Source: Hellea sp. (GTDB taxonomy: Bacteria > Pseudomonadota > Alphaproteobacteria > Caulobacterales > Maricaulaceae). From it: DNA of 64,000 bases. The stretch covers positions 10,829 through 74,828 of the forward strand of contig JABABK010000008.1 in the NCBI GenBank assembly GCA_014238285.1. Direction: 5' to 3'. Positions 1 to 9,611 of the stretch are shown piece after piece (positions within the stretch are counted from its first letter, which is position 1; every line of letters begins with the position of its first letter). The notes beneath the pieces were generated by a model. The model was not told the DNA's origin. It saw nothing but the letters and a program-made list of their open reading frames with translations, and made no database searches. A program made the position numbers and the translations under genes.

Positions 1-380
1 CCAATAGGGGCTGGAACATCATAGCTGGTCATTAACAGGGGTGATGGATTCTGTTCCATAATATTAGTCAGATCTTCTTTATATCGGTCGATCAAATCAT
101 GAGGGATCGCTCCCGGCAACATCGCATAGCCTTTATGCCGCCACGTCATCAGTCGTTTAATATCGGATTTCGGTAAATGACGGGTTCGCGCCTTCGCACT
201 TAAGACTTCAGAAAAGTCTTTGCGGTCAGTCCACATGCCGCCAAACTTGGAAACATATTGATCAAGCTCACGCCTTTGTAAGGTATAATCGTCATTGCGG
301 GTCACAGTATTGTAGATGAGTCCGTATAGAAACGGGCTTCGTTCTATCAACCGTTTAATTTTATATAGCATCCCGCGCAT
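1..380 (-). CDS. Partial CDS (C-terminus runs off the window): possible phytanoyl-CoA dioxygenase (PhyH)-like oxygenase N-terminus
   Basis: I translated the minus strand from the ATG (CAT at 378-380, AGGGAAA SD-like upstream): MRGMLYKIKRLIERSPFLYG...WRHKGYAMLPGAIPHDLIDRYKEDL. The frame stays open to the window edge. It is absent from the ORF track because it is truncated. The family guess rests only on an N-terminal W-x-x-GY-x-x-LPG-x-I-x-x-x-LID pattern. Confidence 0.4.
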   Translation of the reverse strand, partial: MRGMLYKIKRLIERSPFLYGLIYNTVTRNDDYTLQRRELDQYVSKFGGMWTDRKDFSEVLSAKARTRHLPKSDIKRLMTWRHKGYAMLPGAIPHDLIDRYKEDLTNIMEQNPSPLLMTSYDVPAPI

Positions 381-406
381 AGAGTTTCCCTAAACCAAAT
401 AGACGC

Positions 407-1492
407 TTAGGCAAGTAATATCGCCATGAGGTTTTGGGCAATGCTGTGGAAGATGTCGGACTCAGGTCCTTCTCCGCTAGCTATTGGCACGCCGTTATCA
501 CCGCTTTCTCGGATGGAAATATGCAGAGGCGCTTGCCCCAATAAAGGTACGTTCAGCTTGTCTGCCTCTGCCTTAACGCCGCCTGTGCCAAAGATATCGT
601 GAGATGATCCGCAGTCAGGACAAATGAAAACACTCATATTTTCAACCAGACCTAAGACTGGAATATCAACCTTGCCAAACATAGCCACGCCCTTGCGTGC
701 ATCGGCTAGAGCTAGGTCTTGCGGCGTAGATACAATCACGGCACCGCGAGGTTTTATATCTTGCGCCAGACCGAGTTGTGGGTCCCCGGTCCCGGGCGGC
801 ATATCTATAATGAGAACATCCAAATGTCCCCAATCTACATCCCAAAGCATTCTTGAAATCGCGCCCTGCACCATAGGGCCGCGCCAAACAACAGGGCCAT
901 CATCGGTGAGAAAGCCAATAGACATGGCTTTGACGCCGTAGCTTTCAAACGGTTTGATCAGGCGGCGGCCTTCGGTTTCTACCGTGACAGCGCGTTTTCC
1001 TTTGAGGCCCAAAAGTATGGGTGCAGATGGGCCATGAATATCCGCGTCGAGCAGCCCAACTTTTTTGCCTTGTCTGGCCAACGCCACGGCCAAATTAACG
1101 GCGATGGTTGACTTCCCAACACCGCCTTTGGCGCTACTAACGGCAATAACATGGTCAACGAATGCATCGCCTTGATAACCTTCAGGACGGCGCGCTTGAT
1201 GAGGGTTAGCGCTGCGCTTTTGGCGAGGCGCAATTTCCGGCGCCGCCTTATGCGCGGTCAACATAACAGAAACGCGTTCAACACCGTCCAAATTCTTGAG
1301 GGTTTCTTCCACATTAAGACGGACAACTTCAAATGCCTCAGCTTCTTTCGGGTCAATCAATAAAATTGCACGTAAATATCCGTCTTGAAAAGACATGTCA
1401 CCGAGCCGACCAGCGGCAACGATATCACGCTTACCAGATAGGTCTTGAACCTTAGCTAGAGCCTTTAAAGCTACACTTTCAGAATATGACAT
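407..1492 (-). CDS. apbC: Fe-S cluster carrier ATPase, Mrp/ApbC/NBP35 family
   Basis: Deviant Walker A SSAKGGVGKST, C-terminal CPDCGSSHDIFG (CxxC) and an N-terminal DUF59-like region, in 361 aa. Confidence 0.9.
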   Translation of the reverse strand: MSYSESVALKALAKVQDLSGKRDIVAAGRLGDMSFQDGYLRAILLIDPKEAEAFEVVRLNVEETLKNLDGVERVSVMLTAHKAAPEIAPRQKRSANPHQARRPEGYQGDAFVDHVIAVSSAKGGVGKSTIAVNLAVALARQGKKVGLLDADIHGPSAPILLGLKGKRAVTVETEGRRLIKPFESYGVKAMSIGFLTDDGPVVWRGPMVQGAISRMLWDVDWGHLDVLIIDMPPGTGDPQLGLAQDIKPRGAVIVSTPQDLALADARKGVAMFGKVDIPVLGLVENMSVFICPDCGSSHDIFGTGGVKAEADKLNVPLLGQAPLHISIRESGDNGVPIASGEGPESDIFHSIAQNLMAILLA

Positions 1493-1493
1493 A

Positions 1494-3389
1494 TTACTTA
1501 CAAGCCGATTTTATTTGACCATTTGGCGTAAGGATCAAAGGTGAATGATCTTTGTGCTTTAGCAGATATTGATCATTAGGTAAAAGCGTCACATCAAAGC
1601 TTGCCTTAGGCAGAAAACGAAAAAATACGGAGGATGTTTCTTCATCGCTTTGATGCACGCGAAACAGGCGCCCCTCTTTACCCTGGTCTGTGTCCGCGGT
1701 GATAACCCAAAAATCTGATGCATATTGACCCGGCGGCGGCGTCCGAATGGGAATGATCGCTGAAATAAAACTAAATCTATCAGGATTTATATTCTGCCCA
1801 AGGCCACTTTCATTATCAAAATACCATATGCCGCCAGAGTTTTTATTTTGGTCAAACCCCGTAAGCCATCCCGACTGGGTCGGATAAACAGAGCTAATAT
1901 ACCGACGTTTTAAATAGGAATCAGAAACCTCTTCCTCCAAGGTAAAAAACGGTAACTGACGCACAAAATCTATTGGCGATTTCCCTTTGACCCGACAGGC
2001 TTTTATCTGCACCTTATCTGATGATTTAATCGTCCTATAGGTTTTCGCAAACGCCATTATTTTTTCGTGATCTATTTCACCCGCCAAGCTTTGTTTTGCG
2101 GCTTGAGCCCAATATCTTATGTCATCAGCCCAGTGCTCGGTCAGGTTTTGAACGGAGCTCATATAGACTGCATCGTTCTGCCTTACGGCGCTACCCAGCG
2201 CAAATCTTAGAATATTGATATTCTCTGTTTGATTCAGCGCTTCTAATATTATCCGGTGAGACCCTTCAAGCTGCTGAATTTCAGTGAAGAACTTTTGATA
2301 GACAACCGCATCAACTTGCTGGCCATTTTTGATATGCGCCCATAACAAATTTGCCCACTTCGCAGGGTTACCTTTAGCTGCATTCACAAAATTGGTTTCA
2401 TAAGGATGTAACTGATCATTCTTAGTACTTAGAGCTGCTTTAAAAGCAGACAATACCGTTGGCGTCGTCATTAGTGTTATAGGAGCATTTCCATCCTTAT
2501 AAGCCTGCCCGCCGAGAATCGCTTCAAGGCCAGCTACACGCCCCATGAGACTCATTTTTGGGTCCTCAGCGAGTTCTTTGGAAAACTGCATATAAAACCC
2601 ATCAGAGCGGGACTTATGACGATGACGCAGTAATGCGCCGAGGGCCATCGCCGTACCGCCGTCTTTATCCGACAAGCCTCTTAAAGTCTTTAAAAGAGCC
2701 TGAAAGGCGGTTTCCTTATCGATGGCAAAAAGCTCCCCATAAGCCGCGATGACACTGTCCGAATTTCCAGACTTTAAAGCTTGTATAAAGATAGGGCGGG
2801 TTTTATCAGGTGGAAACACCGCCAGCATTTGAACTAACTCTTGCGTCGGATTTTCAATAACAGCCTTCGCGACCGGGCCATATTCAAAACTGCGGACTTG
2901 ATAGACTTTACGGTTTTCACGCATTTGGTTCAAAACACTTCGCGCTGCCGTTCGGGCGCGCGGGTCTTCATGGGTCAAGCTTTCAATCATCCGGCCCTGA
3001 ACATTTGGAGATCCGATTTTGACCATGAGATTAGCAAGTTTCTCTACATTGGAGCCCGGCCACTCTTTTAAAAGCCCCCGAGCGTCTTCTCTAGAAAACC
3101 CAAAGCGACCTGCATTGAGGATATCCATAGCGCGGCCTGCAATATCTGCATCCTTATCGCCAATCAGCATGATCAAAAATTCTTTGCCCTCGGCCCCAAA
3201 ACCTTCAAGCTCCTCAGTCAGCACGTTATAGTCAAATTCGTGCGGCCCGTGATTTTCCATAATCCAGACGCAATGGTCAGCGGATTCACAAACAGGCGCC
3301 TCGCCAGCCACAGCGTGGTTCGCCGATAAAGCGAAAGCCATAAGGCTCAATATGCGTATGACTTTTCCCATCCCGCCGCTCTTATGCAA
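1494..3389 (-). CDS. Secreted hypothetical protein with a HEAT/ARM-like helical N-terminal half and a beta-rich C-terminal part
   Basis: 631-aa ORF with a signal-peptide-like start (MGKVIRILSLMAFALSANHAVAGEA). Repeated helical units are visible (DKDADIAGRAMDILN..., HEDPRARTAARSVLN...). Its stop lies 1 nt from the apbC start. The start could be the internal Met at 3371. Confidence 0.6.
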   Translation of the reverse strand: MHKSGGMGKVIRILSLMAFALSANHAVAGEAPVCESADHCVWIMENHGPHEFDYNVLTEELEGFGAEGKEFLIMLIGDKDADIAGRAMDILNAGRFGFSREDARGLLKEWPGSNVEKLANLMVKIGSPNVQGRMIESLTHEDPRARTAARSVLNQMRENRKVYQVRSFEYGPVAKAVIENPTQELVQMLAVFPPDKTRPIFIQALKSGNSDSVIAAYGELFAIDKETAFQALLKTLRGLSDKDGGTAMALGALLRHRHKSRSDGFYMQFSKELAEDPKMSLMGRVAGLEAILGGQAYKDGNAPITLMTTPTVLSAFKAALSTKNDQLHPYETNFVNAAKGNPAKWANLLWAHIKNGQQVDAVVYQKFFTEIQQLEGSHRIILEALNQTENINILRFALGSAVRQNDAVYMSSVQNLTEHWADDIRYWAQAAKQSLAGEIDHEKIMAFAKTYRTIKSSDKVQIKACRVKGKSPIDFVRQLPFFTLEEEVSDSYLKRRYISSVYPTQSGWLTGFDQNKNSGGIWYFDNESGLGQNINPDRFSFISAIIPIRTPPPGQYASDFWVITADTDQGKEGRLFRVHQSDEETSSVFFRFLPKASFDVTLLPNDQYLLKHKDHSPLILTPNGQIKSACK

Positions 3390-3920
3390 TTCTCCGTCAC
3401 AGTGCCAGACCTAATGCAGGCTCTTGACAGTTACGGTCCCGGCTTTATCCCGATGATCATGATCTATTTGTCTTTAACGGTCTTAAGCGGCCTATTAATC
3501 GCTTTGTCTGTGATTGATCTCAAGATGTTTCGCCTGCCAAATGTACTGACCTTTTCCCTTATCGCCTTAGGACTACTGGATGCTTATATGCTTAACGGTC
3601 AATTTCAGGATCGATTGATCGGCGCCGCGCTTGGTTACGGGGTCTTTGTCACCATCGAAATGGCGTTTAAAAAGCTACGCGGCAAGGATGGGCTAGGCCG
3701 AGGCGATGCTAAATTATTGGCAGCCGGCGGCGCCTGGTGTGGCTGGATGGGACTACCATTTATTGTTTTAATCGGTAGCGGAATGGGATTGATAGCCGCC
3801 CTATTTCCGTCAGTTAGAGCCCAAAACCGCATTCCTTTTGGACCGTTTTTAGCCCTTGGAATATTGATTGTATGGCTGGCGTTTAACCTTGAGAAATTTG
3901 GCATCCTGCCAGGCCAATAA
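3384..3920 (+). CDS. gspO: Prepilin leader peptidase, A24 family, short form without the N-terminal Cys-rich/methyltransferase region
   Basis: GRGDAKLLAAGGAWCGW matches the second catalytic-Asp box of PilD/GspO. IDLKMFRLPN matches the first Asp box. The protein is polytopic and hydrophobic, only 178 aa, and adjacent to the gsp operon. Confidence 0.75.
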   Translation: MQFSVTVPDLMQALDSYGPGFIPMIMIYLSLTVLSGLLIALSVIDLKMFRLPNVLTFSLIALGLLDAYMLNGQFQDRLIGAALGYGVFVTIEMAFKKLRGKDGLGRGDAKLLAAGGAWCGWMGLPFIVLIGSGMGLIAALFPSVRAQNRIPFGPFLALGILIVWLAFNLEKFGILPGQ

Positions 3921-4371
3921 CCGGTATAACTTTCTCCCAATCATCGGCTGATTTAATTGTGATTGATCCGGTTTTATATCGTGTTCCGTGATTAATTTCT
4001 TCTGGATCATCCAATTTTAAAGACAGGCGGCCTCCACCTGGTAAAACGAAGTCCTGATGCGGTGGTTGTTCGTAGGAAGAATAACCTTCCGACAGAGTTC
4101 GAGTGATCATGATCTCGCCCTCACCCTCGCCATTTCCTGACCACCAGCTCGCCATTGGTTCTTTATACTGGCTGAACAAAATAAACCGCCGAGCATTGTC
4201 TTTTGTCCAAACAAATATGGCGCATTCACCTTGGGCCAAATGACGCGCTTCTAATCGGTCCGTTGGTTTTTCTGTTTTAGCTTTGTCCGCGCCCCCGAAT
4301 ATTTCAGGAGTCGACGCGCAACCACATAGAATTAAGCCCATGGCTAAGCTGCTTAAAAATCTTTTTACCAT
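3883..4371 (-). CDS. Small lipoprotein of unknown function, translationally coupled to gspN
   Basis: Lipobox-like MGLILCGCAS in 162 aa. The start overlaps the gspN stop (4365-4371). The 3' end overlaps the convergent peptidase gene by 38 nt. Confidence 0.6.
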   Translation of the reverse strand: MVKRFLSSLAMGLILCGCASTPEIFGGADKAKTEKPTDRLEARHLAQGECAIFVWTKDNARRFILFSQYKEPMASWWSGNGEGEGEIMITRTLSEGYSSYEQPPHQDFVLPGGGRLSLKLDDPEEINHGTRYKTGSITIKSADDWEKVIPVIGLAGCQISQG

Positions 4372-5060
4372 TTACCCTGCTCCCTGAGTTGATAACCGTT
4401 TTGCGTTTTGTGAAATCCGAAAAACTGCAAAGCTAGCCCGGCTTCGGGGGCTGTGACTTCAGCCGAAATATCAGTCAAATACGTTCCGGCAAGATCAATT
4501 CGAATTTGCGCGATAATATTCGTCTCACGGTCTTGCCCCGTTAAATCTAATACAATCTGTCCGTCTTCACAAGATACGGTGCCTTCTAGCATGGGACCAG
4601 CCCAACGTAGCTTATCTGAATTTTGAGCTAAAAAATCGGTCCAAACCGTACCCTTGGCGTACTCACATATCTTCATGAGTTTCATATCAGGGATGTCGAC
4701 GCGAAAACTCCCATTGACCAGGCCCAGTCTCGGGTCTCGTAGTGCCAAGGCCTGCATCGTCCCGTCACCCTTAAGCGCTCTAAGACCGGATAGGCCAGCT
4801 TCTGCTTCAACATAAAGACCCGTTGGACCACCTTTAATGTGAACCGGGTTTTGTCCTTTAATCAAGCGCAAAATAGACGTTGATAAATTTAAGTCTCCGG
4901 CATCGGTGCCCGAAACTTGACCATTCCAAACCGTGCCTTTGTAAACGGGCGTTTGCCGGCCAAAATCACCTTTTGGGCCAATCCATGATAAAGGTAATTG
5001 CGAGATGACCGCCCCGCTAATTGCAAGGCCCGCGAGTAAGATGAGCCAGCGCTTTTTCAT
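4365..5060 (-). CDS. gspN: Type II secretion system protein N
   Basis: N-terminal anchor WLILLAGLAISGAVI in 231 aa, placed directly after gspM. The call is largely positional. Confidence 0.65.
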   Translation of the reverse strand: MKKRWLILLAGLAISGAVISQLPLSWIGPKGDFGRQTPVYKGTVWNGQVSGTDAGDLNLSTSILRLIKGQNPVHIKGGPTGLYVEAEAGLSGLRALKGDGTMQALALRDPRLGLVNGSFRVDIPDMKLMKICEYAKGTVWTDFLAQNSDKLRWAGPMLEGTVSCEDGQIVLDLTGQDRETNIIAQIRIDLAGTYLTDISAEVTAPEAGLALQFFGFHKTQNGYQLREQGKW

Positions 5061-5069
5061 GTCTAAATC

Positions 5070-5531
5070 TTACTTGACCGAACGGAAAGTCAAAGTCGTG
5101 CTGATCTTGCCATTATTCTTACGTGTGATTTGGGCGATTGAGATCGCAGCAGCATATTCACCGGTCATAGAATTCATAAATTTGAGAACCTGACGTGTGT
5201 TCGCATCATCAAACCAGACCTTCAAAGATCCGTCATTTTCAGGTTGAACGCGCGAAATAGCGAGCTTATGAGATTTGGCCAAATTAATAACGGCATTTCT
5301 ATTAAAAGGTTTAGAGCCTGTTTTCGAAGTCTTCCCGCCGCCAAGTTTTGGCAAGTTTGTTTGGACAATTTCAAGGTCACGTAATGCCATCGTTTGCGCT
5401 GTCTGCGCACTCGTTTTGGCCTTCATTACGGGCCTAATGGCTAAGAACCACAGAGCTAAAATGAAGACAAGCGCGCCCGCCACCATCAGTAATAATCGTT
5501 CACGATCATCGAGGCTTTTCCAATAATTCAT
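5070..5531 (-). CDS. gspM: Type II secretion system protein M
   Basis: 153 aa with a single N-terminal TM (LLLMVAGALVFILALWFLAIRPV), lying between gspL and gspN. Confidence 0.7.
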   Translation of the reverse strand: MNYWKSLDDRERLLLMVAGALVFILALWFLAIRPVMKAKTSAQTAQTMALRDLEIVQTNLPKLGGGKTSKTGSKPFNRNAVINLAKSHKLAISRVQPENDGSLKVWFDDANTRQVLKFMNSMTGEYAAAISIAQITRKNNGKISTTLTFRSVK

Positions 5532-6577
5532 GAACCGCCTCCTAGCTTAAACACGCCTTCACCTATGAGCTGTTCATTTTGCTCGCGCACGGCTCCCGAT
5601 TCAAACTGACCCGAAGACGTTGAAAATATTTGCTCAAGAGATGCGGCGCTATCAAATCCGGGATAAATTAGTTTTATATTCAGCTGATTTTTACGCTCAT
5701 TAAATCGAACTGTCTCAACGATCACGCCATCAACCCGGGAAACACCGTCAAAAAAATGAGCGCTTAGGGTCAAAAAGTCTGCTTTGACATTACCAGTTTT
5801 GCGTAAATCTCGCGCGACTGCCAATGCAGGACTATCAGGCGCAGATTTTCCTGTAGCATCAGAATAAAGTTGAGCCGCTTGAGTCTTAAGTTCTGCCGTT
5901 TGTTGGTTCATCGCCCGCGTCTCAGAAGCCTGCCAGCCAAGCCATGCCACGCCGCTAATAGCGAGTAGCGCGGCCAGCCGTGTAAGGGACTGCATGAGCG
6001 GCATAGATTTCTGACGGCGTTGATAACCGCCCTGCGCATAATTTAAAGCGCCCTCAAATCCCATTTGCGGCATAAGAGATAACGGATTATCGCCTTCGGT
6101 TTCCGCGTCCAATGAGTAACCCATTGTTCCAGGCTGAATAGCCCGATGCCAGGTTGTCATCATACCGTCTGATGGTTTAAAGGCTTCATATTCAGCGGTC
6201 AGTCTAGACGGTGCTAAATTAAGCTCATCAAATTTGGCTAGAACAGTTTCGATTTGAGATTGGCTCATCACGCCAATACGTTGATCTTCACCCTCGCCTA
6301 GAACAATATGTTGTTCGCTAAGTGAAGCCGCAAGTTTTTCTTCAATAAAAAATCCGGCTGCGGATAGGCGCTCACTCGATTTCATTTCTGGTAGGCTGTG
6401 CGGGAAAATACGCATCCAAGTTCCGGGGCAAACAACGATACATTGCCCACTATCAAGCGCCGACAAAGCTTTGCGCTCGTCATCATTACTGGCCCAACCT
6501 TGCTGTTCACTGGTCTGGTAATAGGCCCAAGGCTGTTCGAGCTCTTCTGGCACCCATATGATTAAAGGCTCACTCAT
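5528..6577 (-). CDS. gspL: Type II secretion system protein L
   Basis: 349 aa with a cytoplasmic N-domain, a central TM (LTRLAALLAISGVAWLGW) and a periplasmic C-domain. It has 4-nt overlaps with both gspK and gspM. Confidence 0.7.
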   Translation of the reverse strand: MSEPLIIWVPEELEQPWAYYQTSEQQGWASNDDERKALSALDSGQCIVVCPGTWMRIFPHSLPEMKSSERLSAAGFFIEEKLAASLSEQHIVLGEGEDQRIGVMSQSQIETVLAKFDELNLAPSRLTAEYEAFKPSDGMMTTWHRAIQPGTMGYSLDAETEGDNPLSLMPQMGFEGALNYAQGGYQRRQKSMPLMQSLTRLAALLAISGVAWLGWQASETRAMNQQTAELKTQAAQLYSDATGKSAPDSPALAVARDLRKTGNVKADFLTLSAHFFDGVSRVDGVIVETVRFNERKNQLNIKLIYPGFDSAASLEQIFSTSSGQFESGAVREQNEQLIGEGVFKLGGGS

Positions 6578-7668
6578 CTAGCCTGTTCCTCTTCCTCTTG
6601 CGCCGCAATATAGATCGGGCGTCTGCCTTCAGTTCCGTAATGGCGATATGTGCGGGTCACTTCCCCGCTGTCAATCCTAAACTCAAGCAGAACCGTTCTT
6701 CGGGCTAAGCCAAAATCAATATCAGCCTCCAGCCATAAATGACTTGGGGCGTAAATGATATCTCTAGGGGCTTTAACCGCGTCGATACCTATAGCCGTTA
6801 ATTCAGCCGCTAAATCCTCTTCAAAGCCACCACCAGGTCGGGCTTGTAATATTTCTGCCGCAAAGTTTTCCTCGTCTTCGCCTATAAGCGCGCCAAGTAA
6901 CGGCAGATGTTGCGGCCCTAGCGTATTTATATTCACTTCCGGCGTCGTGCGATCCTTATCACCTGCGCAAATAAACGGCGCTATAATCTGCATTATTTCT
7001 TCATTCATGCCTCTAACAGCGCGAAGTTCGGAAACCGTTAAAAATGGGGCGTTAGATGTACGATAAGGCGGGTTTAAAGCAAGATAACTATAATCCTCAG
7101 CGCCATTGGTCACCATTTGTTGGTCACTATCCTGCCAATCTATAATGGCCGCGATCAAATTACCGGCTTCAAGGTCCGGTATATTCAGAGCAATAAAAAG
7201 ATTTTTGAGATACTCATCAGCCCTGCTTGGTCCAGCATCATCGCTATCATCAAATTCTTCGTCTTCTTCATTTTCAAAGTCATTCCCGTTATCAGATCTC
7301 ACACTTTGCAAACTGCTGAGCGGAAAACACTGAGAACCATCCATAATGGTTAAAGTCATAACGCCGCCTTCTAGCGGCAAGGCTGATTGGATAGGGTTTT
7401 TAAGTGCCGTATTTTGCTCACTTGGTTTAAGAGATAAAAAATTATCCGTCAGATAGCTCACAGCGAAATCTTCGGCGGCTTTGACATACCAATCGGCTTG
7501 GGCATGGGCTTGAATATTCCCAGCTCTTTTAATCGCGATGCGGATATCATCCATCATAGCGACGGCGAGAGCTGACATCAGGCTCATTACCAATAAAGTG
7601 GTCAAAAGCACGGCGCCTTTATCGTCTGTCTCAACAGAGGCTCTATTTGATTTTCCCCAAATAATCAT
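6574..7668 (-). CDS. gspK: Type II secretion minor pseudopilin K
   Basis: N-terminal hydrophobic segment GAVLLTTLLVMSLMSALAVAMM, large size (364 aa), and TVSELRAVRGMNEE helix-hairpin-helix-like region. It carries an acidic insert, DNGNDFENEEDEEFDDSDDAG. Confidence 0.8.
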   Translation of the reverse strand: MIIWGKSNRASVETDDKGAVLLTTLLVMSLMSALAVAMMDDIRIAIKRAGNIQAHAQADWYVKAAEDFAVSYLTDNFLSLKPSEQNTALKNPIQSALPLEGGVMTLTIMDGSQCFPLSSLQSVRSDNGNDFENEEDEEFDDSDDAGPSRADEYLKNLFIALNIPDLEAGNLIAAIIDWQDSDQQMVTNGAEDYSYLALNPPYRTSNAPFLTVSELRAVRGMNEEIMQIIAPFICAGDKDRTTPEVNINTLGPQHLPLLGALIGEDEENFAAEILQARPGGGFEEDLAAELTAIGIDAVKAPRDIIYAPSHLWLEADIDFGLARRTVLLEFRIDSGEVTRTYRHYGTEGRRPIYIAAQEEEEQAR

Positions 7669-8312
7669 AGCCGCAACTCGAATTTTTGCACGAGTTCCAA
7701 TCCGTCCTCAAATCTTATGGTCAGAACAAATAAATTGACTGGAATGGTTGATTGATCGCTTGGGATATAAAGTTGGCTATAGGAAATACGGTCATCTTCA
7801 AAACTAACGCTCGCCGTTTCAATCTCGTCAACAAGAACTCTATCACGAAGCGGTGTACGCGGTGCTGGATTATCCGCTGCATAGCTGCGGCGGATCAGTT
7901 TATTATCTTCAAACACATAGGCAACCCGTTGCACACTACCACGTTTTTCAAGTCCGCCCGGATTTTCTCGGCCCGCGCGCGTAAATGATAACAGGGTTTC
8001 AACACCGCCTGACAAGGCATATTGTTCGTCGCTACCATAGGGGTCGCGATTAGGCCGTAAAATAATATTCGCCAGATCAGATTTTATCAAAGCTCTTGAT
8101 GTCTCGATCTCTGCAACGGCGTCAACCGCTTCGCCCAGACGTTCTTTCGTGTTGATAGATGCAAACATGGCCGACATGGCACCTGCCGATAAAATCGCGA
8201 AAATGAACATAGCGATGAGCATTTCCACCAAAGTGAAGCCTTTGTCATTGTTATGTTTGCGCGCTTTACTCACTAGGCGGCTCACTGGGCTTTGCTCCGC
8301 TGCGATAAGCAA
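7665..8312 (-). CDS. gspJ: Type II secretion minor pseudopilin J
   Basis: Prepilin-type N-terminus KGFTLVEMLIAMFIFAIL. The ORF-track start overlaps gspI by 47 nt, so the true start may be downstream. Confidence 0.8.
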   Translation of the reverse strand: MLIAAEQSPVSRLVSKARKHNNDKGFTLVEMLIAMFIFAILSAGAMSAMFASINTKERLGEAVDAVAEIETSRALIKSDLANIILRPNRDPYGSDEQYALSGGVETLLSFTRAGRENPGGLEKRGSVQRVAYVFEDNKLIRRSYAADNPAPRTPLRDRVLVDEIETASVSFEDDRISYSQLYIPSDQSTIPVNLFVLTIRFEDGLELVQKFELRL

Positions 8313-8643
8313 CCCGTTTAATCAAAACCTGATCGTTAGTTTTTCCCTTAACTGTCACAGAAATTTCGTAAAAACCCTTCATTTCGGTTTCTATAATATT
8401 TTGGGTCCAGACGAATTCCAAACCTCTAGCTTTTTCTTCGCCGTTCTTTTCGCCCTTATTGAGCTCTTTTCGGCGCGCCTCGACCAGAACATTATCCGCG
8501 ACGATGCCTGCCAGCATTTTAGTCTGTAGACTTGTTACTGTTTTGATGCTTTGCGTATTAAGCTGAATCAAACCCACAATCGCTACGCTGAAAATAACGA
8601 GCGATGCTAAAACTTCTATCAATGTGAAGCCGTCATCCCTCAT
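8266..8643 (-). CDS. gspI: Type II secretion minor pseudopilin I
   Basis: Prepilin motif DGFTLIEVLASLVIFSVAIVG in 125 aa. Confidence 0.8.
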   Translation of the reverse strand: MRDDGFTLIEVLASLVIFSVAIVGLIQLNTQSIKTVTSLQTKMLAGIVADNVLVEARRKELNKGEKNGEEKARGLEFVWTQNIIETEMKGFYEISVTVKGKTNDQVLIKRVAYRSGAKPSEPPSE

Positions 8644-9140
8644 AACTCATCACCCAAGATAACTTTACCATCGCCATTGCTAGAAAACGTAATCGTTTGG
8701 TCCGTATCTTCTAGTGACAAAGAAAACACCGTGGATAACCCCATAGGTTCAAACACGACAATAGGAACGGCTTTCTCTTTTGGGATATCAATAGAAATTT
8801 CGTCCTTTTTAAAATTCACTTCTAGATCGCCTGCCCATTCGGTTTCGCTAACAACTTTCCACTCACCTTCATCAAAGGTATAAAAAAAGTAGGCATCCTG
8901 CGATAGCCCGAAAGCTTGAGGCGTCCCTGATATGATGCTCGTCTGGGCAGCTACCGAAAATTGCTTTGCCATAAAACTGCCCTGCTGCTCGATCATGGGC
9001 TTTTCTCTGGGCATGTTTAAAACAACAACGCCTGTCATAAGAGAAATGATGACGAGGACAGCCATCATTTCGATCAGCGTAAAACCCGCTACTTTGTCGA
9101 TCCGGGTTTTACCCGTTCGAAAAATAGGACGGGAAGCCAT
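8640..9140 (-). CDS. gspH: Type II secretion minor pseudopilin H
   Basis: Prepilin motif AGFTLIEMMAVLVIISLM in 166 aa, positioned after gspG. Confidence 0.8.
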   Translation of the reverse strand: MASRPIFRTGKTRIDKVAGFTLIEMMAVLVIISLMTGVVVLNMPREKPMIEQQGSFMAKQFSVAAQTSIISGTPQAFGLSQDAYFFYTFDEGEWKVVSETEWAGDLEVNFKKDEISIDIPKEKAVPIVVFEPMGLSTVFSLSLEDTDQTITFSSNGDGKVILGDEL

Positions 9141-9146
9141 GAGAAG

Positions 9147-9611
9147 TTACTCTTCCCAGCTCGTGATATCAGTTGCCATTTCTTCGCCGCCGGGCTGACC
9201 ATCAGAACCGTAAGACAGAATGTCATAGGAACCGTTTTCACCAGGATAGCGATAAACATAAGGCCGTCCCCAAGGATCCGTCGGCAAGTTTTTAACATAA
9301 CCTTCTTTGTTATACCGATCACCGCCCTCGATACCGTTTGGCAACTCTCTAAGGGCTTCCAACCCGAAATCTTCCGGCGGATAGTCCAGCATATCCAAGC
9401 GATACATTTCTAAGGCCTGAGACAGACGCTGAATATCTGAATTTGCTTTGATCTCAACGGCCCTGTCCTGATTGCCCGCAACCGTAAAATATACGGCAGA
9501 GGATAACAGCATGATGATGAATAGCACCACCATCATTTCGATAAGTGTAAAACCTTCATCGTTTTTGGCATCGTTTCTGTTTTGAATTTCCATAATTGTC
9601 TCCACTGTCAT
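9147..9611 (-). CDS. gspG: Type II secretion major pseudopilin G
   Basis: EGFTLIEMMVVLFIIMLLSS plus the conserved GspG core DPWGRPYVYRYPGENGSYDILSYGSDGQPGG. Confidence 0.95.
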   Translation of the reverse strand: MTVETIMEIQNRNDAKNDEGFTLIEMMVVLFIIMLLSSAVYFTVAGNQDRAVEIKANSDIQRLSQALEMYRLDMLDYPPEDFGLEALRELPNGIEGGDRYNKEGYVKNLPTDPWGRPYVYRYPGENGSYDILSYGSDGQPGGEEMATDITSWEE

